DNA of 59,188 bases, the filler included, from Sphacelaria rigidula (taxonomy: Eukaryota): assembly GCA_964200075.2 (NCBI GenBank). It is 6 parts of 6 records of this genome, joined end to end, with 100 filler letters (N's around TTAATTAATTAA, not from the genome) between each part and the next. Parts side by side here need not be neighbours in the genome. Positions count along the whole stretch, not along the records: positions 9,884 to 19,666 come from CAXNAA020007776.1; positions 19,767 to 29,548 come from CAXNAA020007777.1; 4 more parts are not named here. One strand, given 5' to 3'. Below the pieces are notes generated by a model. It ran no database searches. It was not told where the DNA came from and saw nothing but the letters and a program-made list of their open reading frames with translations. Positions 13,550 through 26,140 of this stretch are shown here, one piece after another. A program made the position numbers and the translations under genes. Position 1 is the stretch's first letter, and each line of letters begins with the position of its first letter.

Positions 13550-13716
13550 AGCATGGGTCGTCAACCCGGCATGGCCGGACCGTCCTTAGACTCCGCGCTT
13601 TAAAGGAGCGGACTGTGCTGGGACCAGTTACTAGCCCTTTGAGCGCCCGCAGATCGACTCTCGGAGTCTCACGGTCATTTTTCAAGGGGTGATTATTGAT
13701 GCCCAAATGAAATGAT
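13550..13716 (+). repeat. Possible 3' end of a non-LTR retroelement
   Basis: GC-rich segment ending in an AAATGAAATGA tandem tail; single copy in the window. Confidence 0.25.
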
Positions 13717-15544
13717 ATGTACACCTGAGCGCTTGAACGCTGGTTCACAGGAAGCTTTGAATGTATCATACCTGTCCTACACACACACACATCGTCAGTC
13801 AGTTAGGCCGACTTCTTCGTTTGTTTCTTAGATGAACACAATTCTGGTCTCGTACTGTGAGCCTCACTGCCGTCTCATGTATGAAGGGAGAGTGCTTACT
13901 CTTTGATCTTGATTTACTTACTGTCTACTACGTGTATATTTGATCACAAACAAGTAGTGTTTCAATGCTTTTTGGGCTATACTGCACAGGCTTTCTACAC
14001 GGAAGGAATATTTAGCACCGCCCCCCCCTTCGCGCTAATGTGGCCATCGTGAGCGCTCATGTGGTGCTTGTCGACAAGCGATGACCGGTCTGTTGTGGCG
14101 TTCATTTTCGGGAGCTTTTCATCTCGGAACGTTAGTTGGCCCTTTCACTACGTGAAGAATCGGGAAATTGTCTCCAACGACATTTGTTGGGAAACGATTC
14201 AAAACATGAAAGCGGTGCATTTGCGTTGGATTCACAAGGTTGAGATTGTTCCACACATGGGACGGATCAGATCGTGACAGATCCGGGTCGGCTCATTTGG
14301 GGAATAGATCATGATCTGTCCGAGGTGTGCTGTCACCCATGCACGTTTGTCCGGTGAAGATGTGCAGGACCCATTTGACCCATATATAGCTGCCGAGTGA
14401 CGCGCTGTATGAACCGCCTCACACACACGTTCATGTATAGTTGATGTGCAGAGCTGTATCATCTGAACGGCATCACATAGTTGCCATCAATATAACTTGG
14501 CTCATTCAAACGCAGTAGCTTCTCGTCGACCCGTGTGATTTGAATATCCGTATACCAGAAACTACCCCTTACCTGTGGAATCCGAATCCGGTATACGACA
14601 AACAGTATCCCGCATCCGTAAAATCCGAGTCCAGTATACAGGGAACAGTGCTCAGTATTCCTCACCTGCTAACCCGTATAGCCCTGGTACATGTTGCATG
14701 TTCACAAAACTGTAGGTTGACTTAACAACCCGGGCATATGGAACATGAAGTTGATGCCCCAGTGACTTCACTCCTATATGAAGGTGTGCCAGCGGCAGTA
14801 TCAACGACTGTTTTCTTACTTCCTCGTTTAGGGTGCGCGCTCATGTGTGGCTAAAAAGGAAAGGCTGCTATAGCTTCATGCTCAAATGACACATCATGAT
14901 GCTGTTCGGCCAGCGCTAACAATTGTTTTGGGGAAAAGTCGGGGAAAAGTCCTCGTCGTGTACTAATTAAGCACGGGCGGCTCACGAAAGCCCGCCCAAC
15001 GATCAGCCGCGTGTCCGTAGCGATCTACGGGTGCCGTGATGCCCGTGTGACTCGTTGAACCAAAACACATTTCTCGGCTGATAACCTGAAGAACCCGGTT
15101 GCACACATGACTTGATGAACGATCTGTATGACCCGTGTCATCTGTACAAGTCCACTTGACGGTGACCTGTACAACCTGTCTTGCTTGTACTAGGTTTACA
15201 TGTGTGATTTCTGTGTCATCTGAATCGTGTACACGAGATTTCCAGTTTACCTGTATGACCCGGGTGGCACAGAGAAATATCGTCCGACGTGTGGATTGTT
15301 CGTTCGTCTTTGCTTTTTTTTGTCAATCGGCGCCCTCTTATTTCTCCCTTGCGTTGGCGCGGATGCTCGTCCTAAATGGTCACTCACACGCGCACTTGAC
15401 CCAATTTTCCCCGAACAGATGCAGATAATCGAGTTGTACCTTCCTTCGTTCACACATGATCATAAATCGATGTGTACCTCTGTTCGTCCACACGTCGTTG
15501 AGAGCGCGCGTTTGTTGTTTCTGTGGTGCTGCCTCGCTGGGCAG

Positions 15545-15615
15545 GGACGAAAGCCGGGTAGGTACCAGCCGCCCCACAGGAACCCCAACTGGAAGCCCCC
15601 TCCGACAGTCAACCG
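15545..15615 (+). CDS. LSM14: LSM14, short basic/Pro-rich exon
   Basis: GCAG acceptor, CG|GTACGA donor; GRKPGRYQPPHRNPNWKPPPTVNR; phase 0 in and 2 out, exactly bridging its neighbours. Confidence 0.75.
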
Positions 15616-16217
15616 GTACGAAGTCATCCTCCCTCTGTGCATATTCCACGTCTTTTGTAAGGCCATTTTCCATGGAGTCGAGACTCCTGTTTATCAAGCA
15701 ATAAGGCATTGTTTGCCACCTCGGGTGTAGTGGATGTTACCACAGGCTAGCCGATCCCAACCCTATCCGTAGCCCGTATCTCTTGTGCCGCTCAAAAGTG
15801 GCGAGATTTTTTCTGTGTAGATGAAAAATCATGGATGATCGATGAGAGTACGGATATCGCCAGCGGAAACAGTCTCAGGTTGGAGTGAAATGTGCGCAGA
15901 TGAGGGCCGCGAATATATCGATCTTGTATATATCATCCTTGAGCTTCATCGCACTCGCCATACTTTTGTACTGTGACTTCATCAATCCTCTCCCGCAGTA
16001 TATGGTGGCTTCAGTGCTGGCTGTTGCCAAATGAGATGAGTGATCCACTTTACATCGATGTGGATCTGGGGTTGTGCGATATGTCCGTTGGTTGATGTAG
16101 ATCGACTGATCGCCGAAGGAACCAGTCGTGGTACCCTAGATGAATGCACGCATGCATGGAATGTGCCTGTTTTCTTGCCTTTGTCATCATTGTCCTTGGC
16201 TTTTGTTCGCTCCTCAA

Positions 16218-16334
16218 CCCTTTCGGACCCCACTGATGATTTTTGTTTTCGTGAGCCGGCATCATTTTGACCTGAAAATGACTGAAAGTGATCCCGATTC
16301 ACGCAAACAAAATCATCAGTGGGTTCCCAACGGG
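16218..16334. mobile_element. piggyBac-type MITE (family A, diverged copy)
   Basis: CCCTT...CGGG termini, TCAA/TTAA flanks, palindromic body similar to 39816-39954 and 57791-57929. Confidence 0.75.
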
Positions 16335-17945
16335 TTAAGGCCTTCGTCTTCCAGCGTGAACCTGTGCACTTGGTGCTGTATCTTCTGTATGCTGGGCTGG
16401 AGTCTATTTGGAGCATAACATGAGGAGATCTGTTTACCCTTATAGACCGTGCCTGCCGAACTAAGACACAACATCTATGTTAACAGAATGAGTTCTCCAG
16501 CTGTTTGCACAATATCTGGCGGCACTTACGAACGGTTTTCACAAATTTCTCACACGTTGAGACAACACTTTTAGTTGATGTAAATCATGGATTTGTGTAC
16601 ATCTATTTCTGATGTCAGTTCGAGCTGGGCCGGCCTATACACGAATTTGCGGTGTGCAGACCCCGTCCACAATCAAATTTGGGAGTTGGGCTTTCAAGTT
16701 TGATACGAGGAAAGAAGAGGGCATGCTAGAAATTGCCAAGCAGCAGTTGATTTTTTTTTTGTCCTCTCGTGAGTCAGTGGCTGTAATCAGTACCTAGTTA
16801 TTAGCAAAATGCAGTTAACGCACGGCTAAACAAAACTCATGTGCTGCTCGACACTTCTTCAGCATGCTCTATTCTTTCGACGTGGGACCTTTTAGTAGAG
16901 TAACGACAATGTTCTCACGAGAACGCCCATACCTCTCCAAAAAATGAAAAATGAAGAGCCCATTATTTTTCTCGGCATGCCTTTGCGATTCTCCATTATA
17001 GGTTCCGGATTTCAAGTCTTCAAATTGAGCTGAAAAACTAAGATGAGGTCCGAGAGCATTGTCCATTTCCCCCTGGAACTCCCCTAAAATTGAACAAAGA
17101 ATGAAGAAAATGAAGGAGAATGAAGAACGTTTTTTTTCTTCGTTATGCACGAACGGTTCTCCACATGAAATTTCACAGCGCAACTCTCAAAGACCGAGAC
17201 GCAATATCCAGATTTGGTGCATGAAGTGCGTGCCTCTCCTCGAGAAATATTGATTTTAGTATAAACCTCATGTGCTCCATACCTCGAGCCAGATGACGAG
17301 TCAGGCAAAAATGAGGGTATCGATCGTTTCTCCGTGCTCCAGGGAATGTCCACACGTAAAATCGTCATCATCCGCTGTATATACCTTTCAGGGTTTCATG
17401 AAAAATTTAGTATGGACGCTGTCTCCGTACAAGATAGGATTCACCTGACATGGACTTCAATCAACGGGGAAGAAGTTGGCCCAATTCGTCTGTGTCGACG
17501 AGATAGTGCTTTGAGAGCTCAAAATCGCGTCCAGGTCGGCCCGGCTCGTAGTGAGCAGAACTTGTTCGCTTCTCTGGAACGTTTGTGTTCTTTACAGCAC
17601 ACATGATTCGTGTAGAGCATGGCCCCCTTGTAGATCTAATTATAGTGTCTGTAACGAGCAGAACTCGTCCTCTCCTCTGGAGCGTTCATCTGCATGAAAG
17701 TCCCTTCATGGAGCTTATTAGAATCGTGTCGATGACAAGACATGGTGATTACTGTGCGTTTCGAGATGAGAGGAAACCGGCGCTCTCTGTGCCCGTTTTT
17801 TCGGCTGCCTGCGCCCACACTCCTACGCGCTGTTCACGTTTTCGATTTACTGTTACTCTTACTGTGCCATGTTCCATAGCATGATCGAAGATATTGTAGC
17901 GTAACGTTTCCTGCCTCCGCCCGACCCAAACTCGAGACAACACAG

Positions 17946-18114
17946 TGGGCCGCCTGGCCCGGCCAGCGGGGCAGGATCGGGCACGGGAGCGCTTCCAGGC
18001 CAGGGGAACCATCTCCTCAATCGCCGTACGCGCGGGGCCGGTGGGGGCCTGTCTGTGGACGAGCAAGGGGAGTTCGACTTCCAGGCTGGTCTCGCGAAGT
18101 TTGACAAGGAAAAG
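17946..18114 (+). CDS. LSM14: LSM14, FDF-motif exon
   Basis: CACAG acceptor, AAG|GTGCGG donor; ...GAGGGLSVDEQGEFDFQAGLAKFDKEK is the FDF (DFDF box) motif. FFD/TFG boxes were not found on this contig. Confidence 0.9.
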
Positions 18115-18978
18115 GTGCGGCACTTCCCCCCCCCCCCCCCCCCTCCCCCCCACGGGTGTTTTGGGTTTTTTTCCCCCTTTTTTTGCGGGGCGGTGGCGGG
18201 GGCCGGGGGGGGCGCGGAGTCTTTGTTTTGAAGAGGAAGAGAGTGTTCATTTTCGGTTTGTTGCTGGGTACCAGATGGGGCGTACGGCATGCGGAGCATT
18301 TCCTTAATGGAACTGCGGTGTTATTTTGACTACAGTCGCCGCGGTGGGACAGTGTTGGTTCAATCCACGATACCAAGGTGTTCAGACGTCGGACGGCTCA
18401 TGAGCTACCTGATATGACTAATCGAAGAGGACTCTCAGCTCCGTTGCCTACAAACACAAAATATGCCTGCGGCGCCCGAGAAACCAAAACACAAGCTTTG
18501 CGCTACTCCACGTGCTCGGCGTCCCACGCTGTAGGGATAAGATGTAAAGAAAGGGGGTCGAATCAGCAAGCTCATGGTCCGGGTCAGGTAGCTCATGAGC
18601 TGCTCAGCGTGTGAAAGTGTCGGGCTTGTACTTGGGGAGAAACGCGGTTCGTTGTTATTCTTGGAACTAGGGTCTCGTCTCGATGAGAAGGGAATAAAAG
18701 ACTGCCGGGATCAAGAAAAAATGTCGTCACTTTCCCCTCAGAATACTGTGTTTGATCGTCTCTGTTTATGAAAAGAGGTGCAATCAATACACAAAACATT
18801 GAGGTTCATGTGCAGTACAAGTACACCGCCTACAATGCGCAACATATGACGGGATTGATGGGCACCGTCGGCGACACAGTGATTGTTGTCAACCGTTTTT
18901 TTCCCTAGTGAACATATCGCTCGCTTTTGTGTAGAGTACCGCATCTTTGAGGCAGGGACGAGCTCTACAGCACATCTC

Positions 18979-19044
18979 GAAATCTGTTTGACATGTGCTG
19001 GAAATCTGCTTGACATGTGCTGGAAATCTGCTTGACATGTGCAT
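18979..19044 (+). repeat. 22-bp minisatellite x3 (GAAATCTGCTTGACATGTGCTG)
   Basis: Three adjacent near-identical units with no spacers. Confidence 0.9.
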
Positions 19045-19584
19045 TTTTCACGAAAAATATGTACATAATTGAGTGTAGTCAAGACTTCGTGCCCCTGAAG
19101 TACGCCCCCTCCCCCCCTCTCCCTCCCCTTCCCCCACTCGGTCTCTCGCAGGAACTTTCGTGCGTCACTTTTATGACCTCACGTTTTTAACCCCTTCGGT
19201 GTCAGACCTCCTTTCGGAACAGTTATGGCCGCCTCCAATGACAGCATAACCTGTATCGAAGTACCCAGCTGTCGAATCATGTGTGGTGTTTCTCACCAAA
19301 GCAATTGTTGACACGCTGGTCCGTCCACCTTTAGGGTCCATCTCAGGGGGTCTGGCCCCGAGGTGTTCAACAATAGCTGAAATGCACGACTCTATGTGGT
19401 CACTCACTCTGCAGTTTCTCAGAAGTCGGGGAAAAATTGATCCTTGCGGTTCTAGACCAGGGCATTTTCATGCTGACACCAACTTTTGGATATCGACAGT
19501 TCTATTTTGGTTTACGAGAGAATGCAGGTGAACGTGGCTCAACTTCTTCATGGATCGGCACACTTTTCTGTTCCTCACAGACCT

Positions 19585-19624
<40 letters not shown>

Positions 19625-19666
19625 CCCCTTGCTTGCACGCGCCACCTCCCCTCCGAGCAGTGCCCA

Positions 19667-19766
19667 NNNNNNNNNNNNNNNNNNNNNNNNNNNNNNNNNN
19701 NNNNNNNNNNTTAATTAATTAANNNNNNNNNNNNNNNNNNNNNNNNNNNNNNNNNNNNNNNNNNNN
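19667..19766. other. Artificial contig-join linker
   Basis: Same 100-nt linker; preceded by a poly-C run. Confidence 0.98.
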
Positions 19767-20260
19767 CACGCGTAATTTTCTCACAGCTGTAATACACGCA
19801 AGATGACTGCGCTGCATATGTATTATCCACCCTCGACTCAGCAGGACCAACGGTTTATACAACATGACTGCTTGCGCGTCATGAGGAGTCGACTCGTATG
19901 AATTCTGATTTGTCCTAACCATGAACATCTCCATGTGCAACTGTTGGTTGAAATTCGCTCCAACATATACGTGCAGTATACAACATTCGACATTTCACGG
20001 AAAAAGCCATAGTACTGAAGTAAGCAAAAAGGACGCAACTCCATATACTGTGGTTATGACGGACCACGTGGACGAATACCCCCCGCGAGAAAAATGTCTG
20101 ATGGGAAGACGTTTATCGTATAAAATAACTGCTTGCCAACAAATTCACAAAGTCAAGACGCAAAAGTAAAGGCACACCAGGACACCTTCGCGAAACAACC
20201 GGTGTCGTCCCCCCAGTATGTATCTTCGTTGCGAAGAAGCAATGTATTTGTGTACAACCT

Positions 20261-20620
20261 GTGTGTGTTGTTGTGTGTTGTCGTCCCATCTATTCTGGAC
20301 GCCGGGCTACACCGTTTGGTATATGTGGGCGCACCAGCCGGGGTCACACAGGAGGAAGGTCAACACAGGAGTTTTTCTTTTTTTGGTTTGTTTAAGTACT
20401 CCACCTTCCTTCTGCGGTGCTTGCCTTGTATTTTTATAGCGAGAGGGGTTCAGCAATTCCTTTCCCTCGTCGACCTTTACGTCGAATTTTGTGTACCCAC
20501 GACATAGTCGCTCTCCACTGTTAGGCATGAGGAAAAATCCCAGATCGCTCCGACATTCGAACCCACAACCCAACCGCCAGAAGGTTTCGAGGTTACCAAC
20601 TGAGCCACTGGGGCGACCGG
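20261..20620 (-). mobile_element. tRNA-derived SINE (family S1), full-length copy
   Basis: Minus strand starts CCGGTCGCCCCAGTGGCTCAGTTGG (A box) ... GGTTCGAA (B box) and ends in a CAACA-type tail; second copy at 50551-50867 on another contig. Confidence 0.85.
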
Positions 20621-21267
20621 TATCAGTCAAAATATCCCTCAACATTTGGGTATCAACCTCCGATTGTACAACGACGAATGCACAAAGAAAGCTCAACCAA
20701 GGACGTCTATTGACTGTGGCAACATCTCGGCACATCGACGAGTAGCTCTAAGAAAAACACAGCCATATTACCGCTGAACATAAACTCTTGCTTACTATGG
20801 CAAAAAATGAAGACTGAAAGCAAGACATAGCAGAAGGTCGTGGGAGTCGACCGGAACGGAAAGCGGGTACTACCCAAGGAGACACATGTTGATCAACATA
20901 AGGTGAACGTTGGCGTTAACCATTCGTTATGTTGTCGGAAGTGCGCCCTTAGGGAGGAGAAGTAGGACATGATCGACGTGAGCTTTTCGTTTTTCCTATC
21001 TTCGTTTTTTGCCTGAAGGACAGGGAGAGCACACGCGCACGCGTACGCGTAATGTTTGACCCGTTCGTTCGCGCATTTGTTTTATCTTTTCAAACGGAAC
21101 ACTGTGATGAAAAAATACGTTGGAACAACGACAAACGGAAAATGTATACATGTTCTAACATTTACCCAAGCCAGAGACAGTCTGGCGGAATGAGACAAAA
21201 AAAAACGTTCCGAAATTCACCGAACGTTGCAAATAACTTGAGGGTAGACTGCAGTTCACGACAAAAT

Positions 21268-22530
21268 AGACGGCCAGGACAGAGACGAAAAAAATCGGCT
21301 CCAAAATTCACCGAACCGCGGGAAATCGGCTGTTAGATTCACCGAACCCCGAACCACGGGAAATCGAATCCAAGGAACACAGAAAGGCCGACGAAAGAAG
21401 CGCCCTGCGGTAGGCTGCAAAGGCAACAACAACCACAGCGTTTGTTGTTGTTCATCGAAATCATATTGAGATTACGCACGCGTATGTCGCGCTTACACGA
21501 GTCAGACGCGTATGGTGCCAGGAAATATAATCGCGTTACCGTTTGCACGTCATGTGTTGGTCATAAACAACAAAGGCTGCGATTGCCAAACACTAGACAA
21601 GCCAAAAAGAGACGAGAAGCAAAAACAAGACTGCGAGGCGCAGAGACTCAACAAACTCCGAGAAATCTAAGCATTCGTTTTGTTGTTGTTGCTTACGCTC
21701 TCACTGATCAAACGCCTACGCTGTAAGGAAAACTAATCACGTTACCGCTTCAACGTGCGTGTGTTGCACATATACAGTCGTGTATGGTCCAAAGAAAACT
21801 CCAGCCTGAAGGAAACATCGGCGCTTTTCTTGCGTTTTGGCCGTTATGCATGTAAGATTAAAGTTTCCGTTTTTCAGAATCAAAACGTCAGGACCACCAG
21901 TCCAATTTACCAAAAAACAGACGGCCAGGACAGAGACAATACAATTCGGCTCCGAAATTCACCGAACCGCGGGAAATCGGCTGTTAAATCCACCGAACCC
22001 CGAACCCCGGGAAGTTGAATATAAGGAACACAGAAAGGCTGACGAAAAAAGCGCCGTGCGGATGGCTGCAAACAGGCAACAACAAACACAGCGTCTATGA
22101 TTGTTTTTGATTGAAATCGAAGGAAAGAAAGGCCTGCGAAAAAAGCGCCGGGCGGTGAGCTGCAATATTTTATTATTCCTGCTTATACGCTCTCTCTGAT
22201 TGGATGCCTACGCTGTAAGGAAAACTTATCGCATTACCGCTTCAACGTGAGTGTGTTGCACACATACTCATACTCGGGTCAACGTGGAATCTTTTCCTCG
22301 TCTAAGGTGAACAGTGATGGAAAATCATTGCACTACCTGATAAACCTTACGTTATCATGTGTTTTGCGCAATACAGCCACATGTATTCAGCAACATGGTC
22401 CAAAGAAAACTCTAGCCCGAGGGAAACAGAGACGCTCCTCTTGCGTTTTGGTGTCACCTGTGTTCATCGTGAATGCATGTAAATTTTTAAATTCCCGTTT
22501 TTCATAATCAAAGTGTCAGATCCACCATTA
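21268..22530 (+). repeat. Diverged tandem duplication, ~620-650-bp unit x2
   Basis: Collinear shared blocks: GACGGCCAGGACAGAGAC...AAATTCACCGAACCGCGGGAAATCGGCTGTTA (21268, 21920); GCCTACGCTGTAAGGAAAACT (21714, 22206); ATGGTCCAAAGAAAACTC (21785, 22395). Confidence 0.85.
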
Positions 22531-24239
22531 GGGCTCCGCGTATCACCTATTACGTGCATACGTTCAGACACTGACTGCTTGGGTCGAAGGTCGAATCTCG
22601 CCCTCGTCGAACGTGAACAGTGATGAAGAATCATTGCACTATCTCATCAAGCTTTCCAGAATGAAAAATGTCGCAGGGTGACGTGGAGCCGTAGGGTTTG
22701 TTAAGTGTGCTGTTTTAAGAGAAGGTATAATTGTCCCGCTTGCACGGGAGCGTTCACACGTAATCTTAGTCAGACATATGGTGTACAGTACGCCGGCCCC
22801 AGCCCTGGTAACGCCAGTTGCAGTTGGGTCATTATCTACATCTGTGTACAATATTGAATCCACTGTGCTGTGTTTCTTACCCCCCCACTATTTTCGCCTA
22901 TTTGTGCGTAAAATGACAGTTGAAAGCGGAGCATGACCACGAGAGCCGAAACGTGATCGCGATCGAGGGCAGCAAGTTTGTCATGCACAAGAAAACCAAG
23001 ATCAACCACTTCACCGAGATGTAAGCCTTGTCGTATCGTTGTTATTTACAGTCCTCAACCTTTTGGTGTCGTGGTGGGTATAACACGAAAACAGTGTGCA
23101 GGGCATTCTTCACTCGGCAACTTTTTAACCGCTGAGATCGCTTCTTATGGCTCAAACGACAGCTACTCTATGGGTCAAGGTCGGGGGAGGATTCCAGAGT
23201 TTTACCCTGAAACCGTTTCTCGTGGGCCCGTGTCGACGAGATCATTGTCCAAGATCAGGAGTTTTCCCAGAGACGCTTTTCCCTCCCATCTTGTCGAAAA
23301 ACGCAGACTTTTTGGAGAGATGTACCCGTAAGTTCGTCGGAAATGAGGTTTATCGAAACGCCTTTCATCGAGCACGCTGCAGCTAGCTGTACAGACAATA
23401 CCTAAGGTGAGTACACCCAGCTGTACACATATATGCGTGCATCCACGAACCACAGCAGCATATTGCACAGTGCATGACGGGAATGTTTAGTGTAGACAGT
23501 TGACGGCTGTGGATAGCAGATGGTACAGCGGCCGCTGCTGCGTACCCAGATGGATTATGGTGAGTATCACGCGCGTGTGTGCTCCCATCTTTTGTGTAGA
23601 ACCCAAGATTCCCCGCAGTCAGAAAAAACGACTCCGGAAAAAAAAATCGTCTGCCCAGAAGAGTCACTGTCCGTTGAGCCGAACCCCTACTTGTTGGCAG
23701 TGTCGAACCGTGAATCAACGTTGCTTAATGTTGTCCAGTTCATGGCCTATCCTCCTCTGTCACGAGTAACAGACCTCAGTCGCGTTTTTTACAACTCATT
23801 CCCACGCTACTGAGTATGTCAACGTTGAGCGGTGACTCAACAATCATTGCTTTGATCACCAACACGTGTGCGTTTCATGAGCACAAGGTGAGGAAGAGGA
23901 CCGATGCGTTGCGTTTCGTTCATGCCGCCTGCTTGGTTGCAGCACCCGTCGCATGTTCACATGTCGCATCGTAGGCGCCCCAAGCCGGGGGAGGTGCACT
24001 CATAATCTTGCATGCCGTATTCGTAAGACCATTGACCTCGCACACCTACAAAGCCGGGACGGAGCACGCCAGGTTGTCGCCGGGCCAGGGCTTGGCGGGG
24101 GGGACATGACGAACAGCTGCGGAAGAACGAAGCAACTGGCTATTGTGTTTCGAGTGTTCTCGTGTGTTCTCGTGTGTTCTGAGGGTCTCTTTGATCACAT
24201 GTTGAAGTTTCGATTTATTTTTTTGTGATTGTATTCCAG

Positions 24240-24423
24240 ATACGCGCTGAGCCAAGAAAAGGTGACACAAGCCAGGAGCGGGATGAAGCGTTGCACCGTA
24301 GCATTGCGGGTCCCGGGGAGGTTAGATGGGATCGTGATAACCACACACATGCCCACGGCACAGGGCCAGATGCACCTCGTCGAAACCCGACAGCTTTTGG
24401 ACAGGGGACACGTCCATGCGCAG
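24240..24423 (+). CDS. Probable internal exon of an unidentified gene
   Basis: T-rich tract plus TTCCAG acceptor and CAG|GTACGG donor; open as YALSQEKVTQARSGMKRCTVALRVPGRLDGIVITTHMPTAQGQMHLVETRQLLDRGHVHAQ (a second frame is also open); no family recognised. Confidence 0.45.
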
Positions 24424-26039
24424 GTACGGCTGCTGTGTAGTTTGCTACCCGCTCGAAGGCGCAACGTTGATCGTGCTTGTGCAGAACGGGCGGGGGGTTC
24501 GCAATGGTAGTTCCTTCCGCGACACCATCGTGGTCCTATCATGGCACCTTGCATGAAGGGACTGTGGGACCTTTCGTTGAACTATTCTGTGGCGATAGCG
24601 TGGCATCTGATGAAATGAAAGATGCCGAGGTCCCAATAGGTTCTCGTAATCCTAAACCTGTACTTACGAGTCTCTAGTGCGTGTTATTTAGGAGTACATA
24701 TGCGCTGTATGCCGAACTTATGACATTGTTCAAGTTACGTGTCGTACCACTGGGAGCCTTGTCATGATACTGCTATGGGAAGAATAGCCCACGGAAGTGG
24801 CATGAGAGCGCCATGGTAGCTCCATGCAACTGAAATGGAAGGCTGCATTTGTCGTGCTGTTCATGATGTTCTCATGTATTCGTTGGGCTATATTGGAGCA
24901 ATTCGACTACCGTGACACCATCATGCACTCCCAGGGTGGCTCTTACCGTGGTGACCGAAGTAATGCCACGTCTTGCGATGCAAGAGATGGATACCCTTGG
25001 TGTGTTGATGACCAAAAGGAAGGGGGTATTGTGCACGTTTCACTCCCACGCCATTTTTGTATCCCTGAAATATGTAGTGGGTCTGGAAAATGCGGGTTTT
25101 ATTTTCGGCAGGCAGATTTCTTTTTTCCTTTTTGGAGAGAAGCCGACTTGCATCGCTGAAAACGGGAGTAGCAGGAACTTGTTTGGCGAGAGTCGACGCG
25201 GTGCAGGGGTGCTGATGGTCATGATCCAATCCGCGACACCAAAGTGCAAGGCGTGTACGACACGACCGGCGCGCTCCTCCCAGAGAAAGAGGAGAGTTTC
25301 AAAGTGTGTCACGATATGTATTTATAGCACACATGGATGTGTAAGTTGTGTGATCGTGCCCTTCATGTGTTCCTCCTCCCGTATCACCCGCCCTGCAACC
25401 ATGACGCTTGCCTTTATGATGATACCCCCACCAATGACCACCTTGACTACTTTTTTTTTCGCAGGAGCTACACCTGACGAATCTCACAACAGGCGGGAAA
25501 AGCGTAACGAGGCGAACGTGGGTGCGTGTGCCCGTAACGCAGGTCGATCAAGAGAGTGTCTTGGACGAAATGTGCGCCATTCCGTGAGGGCAAACAGTGC
25601 CTTCACGATAATGTGAACGAATAGGCGGCTCGGATAGCCGATGGTCAGTCTAAACAACTTTTCGAATCCCCGGACTTGATGTAAATTGTCGTGCAGTGTG
25701 TATATGTGTGTGTGTTGTATTTTAGTGCCTTGAATGCTCTTGCTTGTGTCAAGGGGTGACTCTGTGATTTTGAGATATTCCGAATGTAGCATGCAGCTTC
25801 ACCCCCCCTTACTGCGGGCTTCTCATTTTCCGGCGAGTTCATGTGTGCTATTGCGAAAATATTACTTGATTTTGATGTTCAAGCGCTCCTGCAGCCAAGG
25901 GATTGATCACATACAAAACTCGAGCCGTCGCGGACGTGTCGTATCCCGTGTTGACATAATTCTTCGCTGTCTGTCTGACGGAAGCAGTTGTATGCGTGGC
26001 CGGGACAGTATTTGATAGTTTGAGTGATTCCAAACGTGA

Positions 26040-26140
26040 GTTCCGTTGATTTTGACGAGTGACGAATGTCGATAGCATGTGATGGTTTGAGTAATCGCGA
26101 GGGTGTTTTTCGTTGATTTTGACGAGTGACGTATGTCGAG
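26040..26140 (+). repeat. Short imperfect direct repeat
   Basis: CGTTGATTTTGACGAGTGACG(A/T)ATGTCGA occurs twice about 67 nt apart. Confidence 0.8.

Noticed and set aside
18979..19044. CRISPR-like array (also 26040-26140, 27330-27810, 55995-56104)
   Set aside because: Tandem units without unique spacers, no cas genes, eukaryotic context.
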